Origin: Oopsacas minuta
Lineage: Eukaryota; Animalia; Porifera
NCBI GenBank assembly: GCA_024704765.1
Contig: JAKMXF010000338.1
Span: forward strand, 62,001 to 126,000
DNA length: 64,000 bases
Reading direction: 5' to 3'
The translations under genes were made by a program, and so were the position numbers. The notes beneath the pieces are model-generated. The model did no database searches, was not told where the DNA came from, and was given only the letters and a program-made list of their open reading frames with translations. Below are positions 36,003-48,929 of this stretch, in pieces; the stretch's first letter is position 1; the number at the start of each line of letters is the position of its first letter.

Positions 36003-38924
36003 CACAGTGTGGCAAAAAGGCGAAAATGAGGGATTAGCCAAATTGTAACTTCAAATCGATAAGATTTGTATTATATTTATATATGAAATCGACCCCGTAC
36101 ATTTCACTGGACAAGTCAAATTTTTAATTATCTCACTCAAAATATGTGAGGATGACATCATCACTAAAATCACTAATTCATAATTTTAATAGACTATCAG
36201 GGATTCATTAAGGGTATCCTGTTCAGATGTTTCAAGCATGCTATCTTCGTTTGATTAGCCTTTCTAATACTTTTGTGACGATTTAAAACCAATACAGGGT
36301 CACTGAAGCACAAAAGTCTGACTAAAATATCACGAAAGTTGTCAGAAAAGGATGTTTTTCTTGCTAAATTTTCTCTATACCTTCTGACATACTTATTGCA
36401 AGCCTCTAAGCATTCTTCAGAAAGGTTTTGTGGTCCATAACCATGATTATAGCAATAAATTATTTGAAAACAATGAGCAAGCAGTTTATGAGGAGAGGGA
36501 GAGATGCTTACCCAAGGAAAGTGATTTAAAACAATTCATACGCTCCCTTGCAAAGATTTTCAAGACCATGACAATTAATGTGGTCTTTGCTGTTAACTAT
36601 CCTCAAAATCACCGAGAGGTTGGTTTGAATCATTTTAAGGGTTGGTTTATCAACTGGGTTAATAGTGGAAGTAGCGCATCTGAAGAAATCTTTTATCTCG
36701 GAAACAGTCTCGTGCAACATTACCAGTTGTTGAAGTCCCCCCTTGACTAGAAGGAACATCGATTTTGATACTACATTTGGCATCTATAATTGATCTTATT
36801 CGTTTCAAAGAATCCTGTACTTTTGTGCATGTAGGTGACCACTTTTTACAACCTGCGTCTAAGTGATATATGTTTAACATGTACCACCTAAAGACACAGA
36901 GATACGCATGCAATGGAGAAGCTGCTAAGATGTTTATTTCGGAAGTAGGGTGGTGGGTAATGCCACAGCGTTTTTTGGAAGGTAGGGCAAATATTTCGTC
37001 CTCATTAATATCGTGAAATAGTTGATTAGCATCAGTAATGTATCTATTAATTGGAAAACCTGATCTGGCCCACTCTAAACTATTGATTTCCTTTCCTGTG
37101 GCCGTGCTAAGATGACATGATGCACCACCCGCTTCATCTAATAGACCTGCCATTTTGGTATCAAATATAGATCGAATAATTTCTACATTTATGTGACGAT
37201 TTTCAACTGCAATTCCTTGTTCTACAATTAATTTAGTTGCGGGATTTACGAGTGTATCCATAATAAATTTAACGTTTTCGTGATTCTCCTTCAACGCAAT
37301 TAAGCAGACTGCTCTGAATGGAAAAGGTGAATTGGGGGAAGTATTGACGTATAATGAGAAACCTGTGTTATCTGTTATACTAAGAATTTTAAATCCGAAT
37401 ATAATAATACTGTGTGTGTCTAAACCTAGATTTGAGTTCACTTGGTTGTAAGAATTGTGTGAGCCTCACCCAACTAGACCGTCTGCATTTCGAACTGACA
37501 AAGGATATTGTGAGTTGTTTACAATGGAATCGAAGCTTAAAAGATGTCGTTGAATTGTTAGTTCGAGTATTTCGAAATAAGGAACTGATACACCAATAGA
37601 GTTACCTTCAGGGTTAGTGACAAATAAAACGCTTTGTGAAAGAGAAATTTCTTGACGGTATTGCGATATTACTTTATAGGATGGGAATACGATATCTTGT
37701 TTCAGTAATTTCTTCAACTGTGTGTATTTGAATGCTCCAATTTCGAGAAGATCTATTATATAACTTGACATAGGTGTCGAAACTTTCTTTACATTTCCGT
37801 ACGTGCCTGTTGCGATTATTTCTTTGCATATACTGGAAGTTTCTCGATCATATTCCTGGTTAGAAATTAATTCCAGAGCTAAAGCAGCAACTTTCTTCTC
37901 GTCAACCTGCTCCCTTTGGGCAACGAACTGAATATGCTTAGGCAAAACGTTCAAACGGTTCGAGCAGCTTTCATTGTGAGTTTGAATAATGGTTTTCTGA
38001 TCTCTGTTAGATTCTCTTCAATAAATGAGTGCTGCTCAGGGATAGAATCGACTGTGTCAATCGACATTTGTGATCCAGAGTTACAAGTGTTGATTGAATA
38101 AAACTCCATACCCTCCCAAACATTTAAGTTGTAAATCTTCTGGTAATGATCTCTGGATTTTCGAAGATTTCTTAATTTCCAACTAATAGTTTCAAACAGA
38201 TCATCTGACAAGGAATGAACTTCAATTATCTGACGAGCTGCACCAGAACAATTCCAACCATGTGATTTATAAATATCGTATGCTTCTTTTTGTGAAATAA
38301 ATGTTTTATCCATTGAACTAGTGGAAGGAAGTATTGTCTAGTAAGTATCAATAATGGGATAAATAACACAAGTTTGAAATTCAGCCGATCTCAGGGAAAT
38401 TTGGATTGAAATTCGAAATGGGTGGGGAATGGGGCGCTAAAAATTGTATAAAATTAAGGGTAGTACAGTACTTTAACATTGTTAAAAATATAGGGGCCCC
38501 ATAATGTACCCATTTAAAAATCTACCTCTGAGTATGTCGAAATACATCCCGAAATTTGGTAATTTTTGGGGTTTCGAAAAAGAGTTCTCTCAAAAATTTC
38601 TATTAAGTTTGGGAGGTATTAATGTTCAAAGTTATGATAGGGAATACTTATAAATGAATCGCGAATTGAATTACTTGCAAGTAGGCATTTGATTGCATCT
38701 ACTGTTAGAATTTATGATAACGTAATTACAGTTCGGAAAATGTTTTGTAACCTTATAAAATTACGTCATTAGACAATGAGAATTTAAATTCACAAATAGA
38801 AGCTGAACCACAGTAAACACAATATAGTTGTATTCTCGACAGACTATTGAACAATATTAGAACTATTATAGATAGTTATGGGACCACTAATAATTTGGCT
38901 AATTCTAAATGATGCCACACTGTG
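36003..38924 (-). mobile_element. Transib/RAG1-like transposon, complete ends, RSS-like asymmetric TIRs
   Basis: Both ends CACAGTGTGGCA; inner box ATTAGCCAAATT at 36033-36044 and 38892-38903 (reverse complement); perfect 5-bp TSD CATCT (35998-36002, 38925-38929); removing it restores the host reading RSYISTIHLTPELSRIVNFIVNYYAPVWF. Confidence 0.93.
36190..38313 (-). pseudogene. RAG1-like/Transib transposase, frameshifted
   Basis: ORFs 37951-38313, 37466-37954, 36659-37441, 36526-36783 plus fragments: KYTQLKKLL...FPSYKVI, DGL[V]G*GSH, IFDTKM, GGASCHLS, SPLHAYL, GGTSTTGNVARDCF, HKLLAH, SEECLEACNKYVRRYRENLARKTS. Confidence 0.88.
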
Positions 38925-39570
38925 CATCTCACACCTGAATTATCTCGAATTGTCAATTTTATTGTCAATTATTATGCACCAGTTTGGTTTAGAATCAGGA
39001 GTTACCCGATTTGCACAGATGACCTAAAGGTATTTTTTGCGATAGCTTTGTTGCGAGACCTATCGGAGTCTGACCAAGAATAATTTGTGATGTGATACAA
39101 GGAAACTCATATTTTAGTCATCCAGAAAATGTCCTCTTATCCATGCTTGCAGATAATGATGACCAAATTAGACAAAAAGCAATGAAGACTATTTTAGATA
39201 TCCGAATTAACAGTTCATCATTTAGACCGATTTAAATTCGCACATTCAATCTTCCTTCAATAAGGTTCACTACCGAAACATATGTGAATTTGATTGATTG
39301 GGAAACCGCTTTTATCACAGAGTCGCCTTTAACAAGATACCTCTCAAAAGAAGTACTAATTAATTGTGTAGGTGCTCCACTAGAAATTCCAGCATATCCA
39401 TACCATACACAAGCTGTTGAAAGAACTATCCAATTAGTGACTAAAAGTCCGTGTACAGTAACAGGAGAAGATGCGAGTCATGGATTAATTCTTTCAACTG
39501 TAACATCAAGAGAAGAAATGCCCGGATTTGAGTCAAAGAAAGATCATGCATGTTAAATAAACTTGATATA

Positions 39571-40948
39571 CAGTCTGTCAACTTGGAATTCGGAGGATTT
39601 TTGTTTTTCCCTAGCTAGAAGTACATTTAGTGTATTTCTATTCTAAATAAGTTATTAGAATCCTTAAACAATCAATTATATAGTAGGCCTAATAATTTAT
39701 CATTTTTCCTTTACTTCTCTGTACTAATTTGGCTCTTTTTGGCATCGATGACCAAAATGGACGTAAAAATTCATGTACTAATGAATTCCATACTTCATTT
39801 AGCTCCCTTTCCAGCTCGTTTAACTTTCGAGTTGTTTTCAAATCGATTTCTCTCTTGAGCCACGGCTAGAGGTTCTCGATCGGATTCAAATCCGGACTAC
39901 AAGCAGGCCAATCTCTCCTATGTATCCCTTTGTCCTCCAGGTACCCTTTAGCAAGGTTGCACGTGTGTTTAGAATCGTTGTCTTCCTGGAAAACCAATCC
40001 ATCAGGGTACAAAACACTTGCTTATTCTACTTAACATTCATGCAGAATGTCGCAGTAAAGTCGCCCGGTGAGATTTTCTCTGAAAACCTCGATAGGAAAC
40101 TTTCCACGTGCTGAAAACGCTCTCCAAACATGCAATTTCGGAGAGTGTTTCCTACTGGGGTTTACTAGTTTCGAATCACCTATACACCAGACACATACTC
40201 TGCCACCAGATAGCCAAATGGACATCTCATCACTAAAAATCACTTTCTCCCAAACATCTGTTAGACTTAGCCCTATCGATACGATAAGCCTTATGGGTTT
40301 GTGTAAACATCGAAATCTTTCTAGCAACCTTGCGGGTGAAGCCACGCCGCTTCATCTCAATCCTCACAGCCTCGTGTGAGAACGATAGACCCCGCCTTTT
40401 GTTAAATTTGGAAGTCAACTTCCTCACAGATAACCTAGGATTGTTGATTGCCAAACTAACAAGTGATCTAGCGTTATTTGCTTTGATCTGACGCTGTTTA
40501 CGGGAACCAATCTTTCTAGCAACGGATTCAGCATTCCTCAATTTGTAAACAGTGCGATAAACTATACATTTTGGAACTCCAGTTCTTCGATATAATTCCA
40601 TACAATTCGTGATTCCAATGTCGAAAAGTATATTGATATTGTTACGCTGTTCTTGCTCGTTCATTTTAAGGTTTGAATTGATGAAAGTAAAGAATTATTA
40701 GCGAAGAAATAGAAGTGTTGCGAGAATTTCAAGTGATAAATTTTATATAGAATATTTGATTAGTAACTAAGTATAAATTCAAATATTTTGTAACCGGAGT
40801 CAGCTAGAGAAGTTCAGTTGGTTAAGAAATGACTAGAAATAGTTGAAAAACACAAGGTATCAATATTATTACGACAACCAATATGAAAATGCAATTAGGA
40901 ACATTCTAACATCGAAAAAGATTTTCCCAATTTCAAGTTGACAAACTG
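39571..40948 (-). mobile_element. Tc1 DD34E element inserted just after the hAT-related stop codon
   Basis: TIRs CAGT(C/T)TGTCAACTTG(G/A)AATT; TA TSD; ORFs 40233-40664, 40031-40345 (VIFSDEMS); FQEDNDSKH...CSPDLNPIENL. Confidence 0.92.
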
Positions 40949-41849
40949 TAACATAATTGAATAATATAACTTAATTGAATCATATACCACGATAGATAAA
41001 AAGCTAATAATTCCAAATAATCGGAAATAATGGGGGCTAGGCAATAATATTAGGTTATAATAGAATATGCAGAAGAAATCTTGATAACTTGAGTATCCTT
41101 GGACATAGAAATTCGATTAATACACCATTCAATAGCAAATATGCGACTTACTATTACCAAATAATATATATATAAAGGGGATAAGTAAAAGGAATTTGAA
41201 AATTCGGACAATATAAAATCAATTTTGGAAAGTGACACAGCAAGAATATAAAACCGCAAGGGTCAAAACGAAATATTTTTCAAATTTAAGTTTCGCATTT
41301 TCGTAGTAAATGGTAATGCCATCTTTTCCCTTTGGTAGAGGTTGAACCAGCGATTTAAACTTTCTCGATCCGTCTAGTATATACTGAGTGTTCAATAAGT
41401 TCGAGTAATCGATACAAAGCACTTACAGTACAGGCTGACACGAATTTATCTACAATTATAACTTAACCATAATCCGATTTAGCATTGATTACTAAGGAAA
41501 TTGACGATACATTTCTTGTATAGAAGTGATTGATATTACCTAAAACAATGATGTTACTAATAGTTAATCTTTTTCCCACCAGAGGTAACTGTAAGCCCTC
41601 CAGTGGGGTCCAGGTGCGAAGCCCCTAGCCACCCAACTAACTGCAATGTCATGTGTATTTTATTCTATTCTCACTGATTGAAGGTCTTTCCTATATTCCA
41701 CTTGTTTCTAGTTTAGATTACTACATTTAATCTATATTATCTAATAGCGTATGCACGTATGTAGAATATCTGTTAAATTATTCATTCTGTATAGAATATT
41801 ACAATCCAAAATCTAAATTACGATACTATACTACAAAATTGATTTTGCG

Positions 41850-44696
41850 CTTTTTTGCAAGTCTAAATCGATAATTTACGTTAGATACATCAATTTCTAT
41901 ATCCTTATGAATATATACCAAAGCTAATCCGTTTAGTCGTTCGTCCAACATTTATGGTCTGAGCCTGTTTTTCAAAATTTTCATGGCACTAAAGCATCTT
42001 TCTGGAGTACATGTAGTAACAGGTAATGTCAATGCTATTTGAAATAATTTCTTTACATTTACGAAGTGGAATGGCAAACTTGAAAGGGACACATGGATAT
42101 CTCCCGTATCCACTTTTCTTTCAAATGATTGGAAGACTCTAAATTCCTCAAAAAATTTCATCTGTGTACAATTCAATAGTGTTTGATAGAAATAAACCAC
42201 ATTTTTTGAGTAAGTTTACATTTATTTCATGTGTTTGCAACAACCTATTCAATTGCAACGCAATCTTTGATTGACCTGAAAATCTCAAATTGAGATGCTC
42301 AATAACTCCATCTATGTAGGCAATCCAAATCTTTGGTCTGTAATTGTCACAGGTACTTTCACTTGTAAGATTCGAAGAAGTACTCATAGTTACACAAGAT
42401 TCATCATATGATATACTGAGAATTCCTTTAGACGAATTTCTTGGTTTAGACAGTGGTATTCCTAAGATTTGTGAGTATGATTCAACTGTACTGAATATAT
42501 TAAGCTTACTCCCATTCCATTGTTGTGAACCCTCTCTCAATACGGCAAGCGTTTCTATTGTTGATTCAATTAATTGCATGCATTCAACATAATTTAGATT
42601 CACAGTCTGCAACATCTTGGAAAGAATAATAGTAATTGACATTACTTTCCCAAAACATGCTAGTGATGTCAAAAAGGAGGAAACTTTTAATAGAATTTAA
42701 GTGAGAAGGTGCTTGAGCTCAAGATTTACAAATTGAAATGATTGTCGCTAATAATTCTTTCTAGGCCTTAAACAATAGATGAAATATTGGAACAGAATCT
42801 TATAATTGCATCATGTCTCTCAACAAACCTAGTGGAACAATATGAAATGAACTGTGCGTCGAAAATATTCCTTCTTCCAGAAGAATCATTGATATAATTT
42901 ATCATCGCAGAAGCAATATCAAACATGTGTCTTATTTCTGTTAATTTTGAAGAATCATTAAGCACAAGGTTTAATCTGTGACTTGCACAGTGCAAGTATA
43001 TTGCAAGTAGAGCATGTATCAGTATACGCGTAGTGACTCCTGGAATATGGCCTAACATGGTTGAACACCCGTCATAGCATTGAGCTATACAATTGTCAAT
43101 ATTCAACCCAATAGATGCAACACGACTTAGTATTTCTTCAGTGATTGACTTAGCATCCACAAATTCCATTGCTCCGTAAGATATAAATTCTTCTTTGATA
43201 AATGCATCTTCAGATACATAGCGAATGCAGAAACATAACTGCTCTTGGTGGGAACTATCAGTTGTCTCATCAGCAAGTATGGCAAAGTATCCAATTTTCT
43301 TTATTTCACTTACAATTGTTTTTAGAATTTCTTGGCCACACAGATCTATAAACGTGTTCTGGATAGTTTTTGAAATATACATCGCATTTTTATTGGTTTT
43401 TACTAAATGTTCCTTTAATAATTTGTCATCACTTTCAACCCTAAAAGCTAATAAAGCATGGAAATTCCCAGATTGTCCAGAGATATCAACTTCATCATTT
43501 AATTGGCCATCATCCCTGTGGCCTCTTAGAGCAATACCCAATCTACCACACAAGATTATCGTTTTGATGATCGGAATAAGGCGTTCCATATTTTCATTTT
43601 CCTCGTCCTTACGTACTTCACAAATTGATGTTACTATATTTTTTGAATTTTGCAGGTTGTAAACGAAAATGTCGGCTCGTTCTTGAGCAGATTTGTGGTA
43701 ATCTTTTAAAATATGTTCTTTAACCTCATCATGAATCTTTTTGTAATTTGTCAATGGAGTTTGAACAAATGAACCAACTTTTGGCAACTTTCCTTTATCA
43801 TTTTCAACTTCTCTCGAAGTGAACTGTGCACAAGGAACACAAAAAACTCCCTTAAATAAAAACGAATATTTGAAACTATCAAATTTTCCAATGTTATGAG
43901 AAATGATAAATTGACCCTCTGAGTCTTCCTTTCACCCTTAGAAGCTGAACTGATAAGCTTTTAACCAAAAGGAAATGAAAAATTAAGATCAGACATGCGC
44001 TGTTTTGCGGGCAAATTTACTTTTATAAATCAGAGTGTGCAGGACAATATAAAAAACAATCATTCTCGCGGAACTTATACAAATGTCCGATATCATATAA
44101 ATCTAGATCGGTATCCAAGGATGATCTCTCTGTTATACTTTCAGCAATGTAAGAAGAATCTTGATTTAACAGTGATCCTGGGTCTACCAACACCGTTTCT
44201 TGCATAGTTGTATCATCACCATCTATATTTAGATTGACTCGGGGTTAGATGACTCACTGGAAGTAGCATTTGAACTCAAATAATCCAATAAACATTTTCT
44301 TTTGGGATCCATAATCAAATTTGGTATATCCAAATTTACAAATATGAGAAAAAGTCAAAGTACAAATAGCTATCAGGCCACACCCAAGCAAATTAAAAAT
44401 GGTCAGGAAAAATTGAAGAGTGGTCAAACCTGCCCAAAGTTATACAAGCAAAGGTAAAGGTGAAGGCAATTACCTAACCTAGCGCTATATATATATGTAC
44501 ATTATACTAATTTCACAACCGAGAGAAGTTGATTAGCAACAAATAATTGTACAAACGCTATAAATCAAAGACATGATTGAAATATTGAATAAAAAATAAA
44601 GATAATAATCAGAATGAATTCGAAAGACTGGGAGGCCAAAAGTCAGTTGGGGGGGGGGAATATATCCCCTTATCCCCCCTCCTGGATTCGCTACTG
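41850..44696 (-). mobile_element. hAT (DUF4371/ZMYM-THAP12-like) element, degenerate relative of 54188-57388
   Basis: 5' end CAGTAGCGAATCCAGG at 44696; ORFs 42768-43787 (ILADETTDSSHQEQL, CYDGCS, HCASHRLNL, STRFVERHDA), 42148-42672, 41952-42200 (TCTPERCFS); 3' TIR not found. Confidence 0.88.
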
Positions 44697-44795
44697 CCGA
44701 CATCCTACTAGATGTTTCAAAACTGCATATTCCATGTTACCTAATCATCACCACCTGTGCAAAATGTTTACTTATCTACATCACAACATATACTA

Positions 44796-46126
44796 CGGGC
44801 GTTCAATAAGTAGTCATTATTTCAAATTATGTAAGTCGGGAAATTTCGACCCAGATAAAACTGATTGATCTAATAACAATCCATCTATTGTGAATTCAAT
44901 AATGTACAGCGATTTTGATTTTGATGCCTCATTCTAATATTGTACCTATTCACATTTTGACAGTTTATTATAGTAACATTTTTAATGGCTTCAAGAGTAT
45001 AAATATCAAAATTGAACAGAGAACATACATGAAGATCAGAACACTGCTCAAAGTTTCACCAACAGATGTCTATAAAGATTTAGATGAAGTTTATAGGGAT
45101 ACAGCAATTCTATATCCCACTGTTGTTGATTGGGCTAGACGCTTACGTGAAGGTAGAATGTCCATTGAAAATGCGGCAAGAATAGAGAGACCAGTTTCCA
45201 GCGCCAGTGACAAAAATATCCTTGAGGTAACCGCGGTACTTGAAGAAGACACTCATATCACGCTTGTGGAGATAGCTGATGCGTTGGGATCTCAACGGGA
45301 ACTGCTCAATCTATTGTACATGATAATATGGAATTCCGAAAGATATGTGCTCGATTGGTGCCGCATTTACTAACTCAGGCCCAGAAAGTAAGGAGGGTCC
45401 AATGCGCTACTAAATTGCTCTCTGAGTTTGATCGAGCTGACTTCAGGAGGTTATTTGAGATAGTAACAGGTGATGGAACTTGGGTATGTTATTCTGAGCC
45501 TTTATCAAAAGAAGCAAACAAAGTATGGGTGGTAAGAGGACAGGACGCACCAATGATCCCATGACATGACTTTCGGGACCTGAAGGTTATTTACTGTATA
45601 TTTTTGATTCTAATGGTCCAGTTTGCCACATTTGTGTCCCCAACTACCAAACAATAACAGGCTCCTTCTATACCAATGAGTGTCTAAGAAAGGTTGGAAA
45701 TCTTTACCAAAATCAATGGCCAAGGACTGGAACTCGTGGGTTGCGAATATTGCATGATAACGCCCGACCGCAAAAGACAAAGCTGGTTAGAGAAAAGTTG
45801 GAAGCGGTGAAGATTGTGGAGCTAGATCACCCACCATACTCGCTAGATCTACCTCCCTGTGACTTTTGGTTGTTTCCAAAGCTAAAGAAACATCTGTCAG
45901 GAGAGAAATTCGAGAGCCGAACTCAGATAGGATCGGCGATTTTCCTGTGTATCAAAGGTGTACCAACCGGAGACTACAAAAATGTATTTTGTTGATAGGA
46001 TAAAACGACTGAAATTGGTTTTACAGCAGGAAGGGGAATTTTTTGAGAAACTCCATCACTGAATACGCAATTATGCTAGAAAAATTTAGAATTACATAGT
46101 GATAACGACTACTTATTGAACGCCCG
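44796..46126 (+). mobile_element. mariner DD34D element, full length, pseudogenised
   Basis: TIRs CGGGCGTTCAATAAGTAGTC; TA TSD; ARLVPHLLT, VTGDGTWV, LHDNARP...HPPYSLDLPPCDFWLF. Confidence 0.94.
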
Positions 46127-46159
46127 TAGTATATTATGAGAATTTAGTTGCTGCAATTG

Positions 46160-46880
46160 GGAATAAAAATTTGATCGGAACCATTGGCGACTTCATTCTC
46201 TAAGAGAGGTTGTTTACACTATACTGCTATGTTATGCAATACTCCACAAGCGACTATGATGGGACAAACTTTATCTGGACTCATCCTGATCTCCATAAAG
46301 ACAGTGGAATCTTCGTTTCCATCGCCCAAATGTCTGTTCAACAATAACCCTTGTCCTCTTATGTGCATAGTTGTAGTTAAATTGGGCAGTGGATAGTAGC
46401 TGGCGATAAGGAGTGAGTAAATATGGCCTCATCATTTAACCGCTATCTCCTAATTTATGCTCCCCTATGAAAAGGTATTTTCAGCATGCATCCCAATACC
46501 TGAAATCTTCCAAAACCATGAATCGTGAACAGACCCAGGAAGACGTGCCAATACATCGCAAAATGTTCCATCTGGTTGGCAAATAGTTTGGCATTAATTG
46601 AATTGGAAAATGCCGATTTATATAATCTGATTGATCTCCAGGGGGTCTTTGGATTTGTATGTGCGTTCTGTTAACTAATCCTGCTAAGCCTGGAAGTGTG
46701 CAATCTCATAAACCTTGTCTTTGACTTCTACCCTCTTGAGACCAGCAGGCAAACTAACAAACTGATGATCAAGGGTTGTTCAATAAGCAATGAGACTAAT
46801 GTATCGATTTCATATTCTATTTAATACAACTCAAGGCATAATTAGATTACAAGCCAAAATTGATTGTCTAACCTAGATAC
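46160..46880 (-). pseudogene. Second PIF/Harbinger nuclease remnant
   Basis: Not in the ORF track: [61 protein letters not shown]. Confidence 0.85.
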
Positions 46881-46952
46881 AATATACTCTTTACTCTACT
46901 AGCATATTCTTCAGTAAAAAGTTCCATTTGTACTGGCCACTGTTTTCAACTA

Positions 46953-47595
46953 ATGGATTTTAGCAAAGAAGGAAAACGATAAATAATTTGGTACGTGTGA
47001 AAAGGGGGAAGGCTGGCTCAAATATTCCTCGTGAAATGCAGGAATTTTTCTGGTGATGAATGTCCTTCGAAAGCCACCATATATAGATAGATCGAACGTT
47101 TTGACAACGGCGATGAGGAACTCCACGATGACCCTCGTCCAGGTCATCCAGATTCATCAAAAATCCGCAGTAATTTCGAGAGAGACAAACAATTTTGGAC
47201 GAGGACAGACGAATAACCCTACGAAAGTTAAAAGAGAGGGTAGGTATATCAAAGCCACACTACACTCGAATATGACTGAAGATCTGGAGATGTCGAAGGT
47301 TACTGCGCGTTAGGTCCTAAATCTTTTTTCAAAAGGACAAAAACGCGCAAAAGGATCAGAGTTGGCAAAGAATTACTTTCAAGATGCAAGCAGAGGAAGA
47401 CTTTTTGGATCGTATAGTAACGGGGGATGAAGCTTAGTTTCTTTATTATGAAGCAGAGAGCAAATCTCAATCGAAGCAATGGAAGAGACGTGATGATCCT
47501 CTACCCATCAAGGTAAATGCCCCAAAATCACCAGGGAAGAAGAGAATGGTTACAGTATTTTGGATAGGGACGGAATTACACACCTCGACTGGTTG
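46953..47595 (+). pseudogene. mariner transposase N-terminal fragment
   Basis: CPSKATIYR*IERFDNGDEELHDDPRPG, IVTGDEA, MVTVFWDRDGI; truncated before the second D. Confidence 0.85.
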
Positions 47596-48929
47596 TGCAT
47601 ACATTTTCAACTCTTTTCACTTTTGATAACTAGGTCCTAACAATATGAACCGTCTAGATATTGACTTTCCTACTACTTTCTATCTATATATTATTATTTT
47701 CCCTTTTTCTATCTACTCTTATATGACATCTATGATGGACGCCTACATTCTATTATGTTTTATTGTCCATAATTAGCATAAACTATAATTGGTATACGAC
47801 TTCTTTTTCAAACAGCTCCTATATCCAACCGCGTCCGAAGGCAGTATATTTTGTCGTAGCCCGTTCGTTGTGAAGAGTAAAGTTTACCATCCATTGTGAA
47901 CTTGAAATAAGCTGCAGCGTTTCCGCTAATGATTCCGCCAACATGATCCTCCTTAGGCTGGCAGCCTTAAATACTTTTGTCCTTGTTAAATATGCTAATT
48001 TCCCCTCGTCCCCACGTAACATAAATTGTTTTGCAATGACGTGTTCCAGGTACCGATCCTCCAAGTTTTCATTACTCGCATACATTTTTTAATCATGATT
48101 TGGTTATGAGTGTAGATTAGGGATCGTCTAGGAATCCCGGTTAATTCCCGGTTTTATTGGGATTCTGCTATTCGACCAGGATGTATCCGGGAAATTATGA
48201 CATCTTAATATAATGAAATTCCCAAAGGAATTAATACTCAACTTATATTTATGGTTTAATGTTTTAATATTCCCATTTCCCGTTACTATTCAATAATTAC
48301 TTTTCACTAGTAGTTTGAATTCCGGCCATTCTTTAGAACTAACCCTATTCCTAATCTCAGAATTGCAGTCTTTTAAGTCTGACAAAGTTCATAACTCGCT
48401 GAATCAATAGTTTACGTTGTTTATTATGTAGGTTTATGCCCTTTGAAATCTCGGCAAATTCTATGTTTTTGTTTGAATTATCATGCATAGTAAATTTTCC
48501 CTACTCTATTATTTTGATGGCAATACGTTAATAATTCTTATTCATTATTGTTGTTGTGTGTGTTTTTGCTATTTATTTGAGATAATAGCTTAGTTTCGTA
48601 ATAGTTGTTTAATACATCTTTCAATGAAGATGTACATACATTCAATCTCAGTTTTGCTGACGTAATTTCTATTAGGCTGATTTATCCAATAATTATCTTG
48701 CATAAAACAGTAATTCTTGAATTAATACTCACTAAAGTCGGAGAGAGAATATTATATTGTATTAGTTATTACACTGGTTGTACTGCGAGAGAACCTCTTA
48801 TTTCTATTCATCAATAAGGCTCTGCACTTTTCTCTGGATCAAAGAATAAGTATAAACAAGGATAGCTAATAGTTGCTGTTTTAATGCTACAAATATTGTA
48901 AATAATGGATAATGTGTGTTAGTGTGTGT

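Larger units (their letters stand above)
33857..41376 (+). mobile_element. Divergent hAT-related element (hATm/w/x-like) with about 360-bp imperfect TIRs and two nested insertions
   Basis: 33857-34216 and 41013-41376 are diverged inverted copies; flanks GTATATTG / GTATATAC; transposase 34463-39556 with YFDGRKD, ADGARVNTG, WFICQLHGNELPLRH, HAR*, SHPENVLLSML, HTQAVERTIQLVT; about 3.2 kb after removing inserts. Confidence 0.7.

Noticed and set aside
36033-36044. True RSS nonamer
   Set aside because: ATTAGCCAAATT does not match ACAAAAACC; only the heptamer and bipartite layout resemble an RSS
36003-38924. RAG2-like gene or host RAG1 locus
   Set aside because: All space is taken by the RAG1-like ORF plus about 190 and 600 bp of AT-rich termini; no kelch/PHD motifs, no RING N-terminus; element has TIRs and TSD
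48117-48350. hAT terminus with CCCGG/GGGA repeats
   Set aside because: Single end only, no partner or ORF
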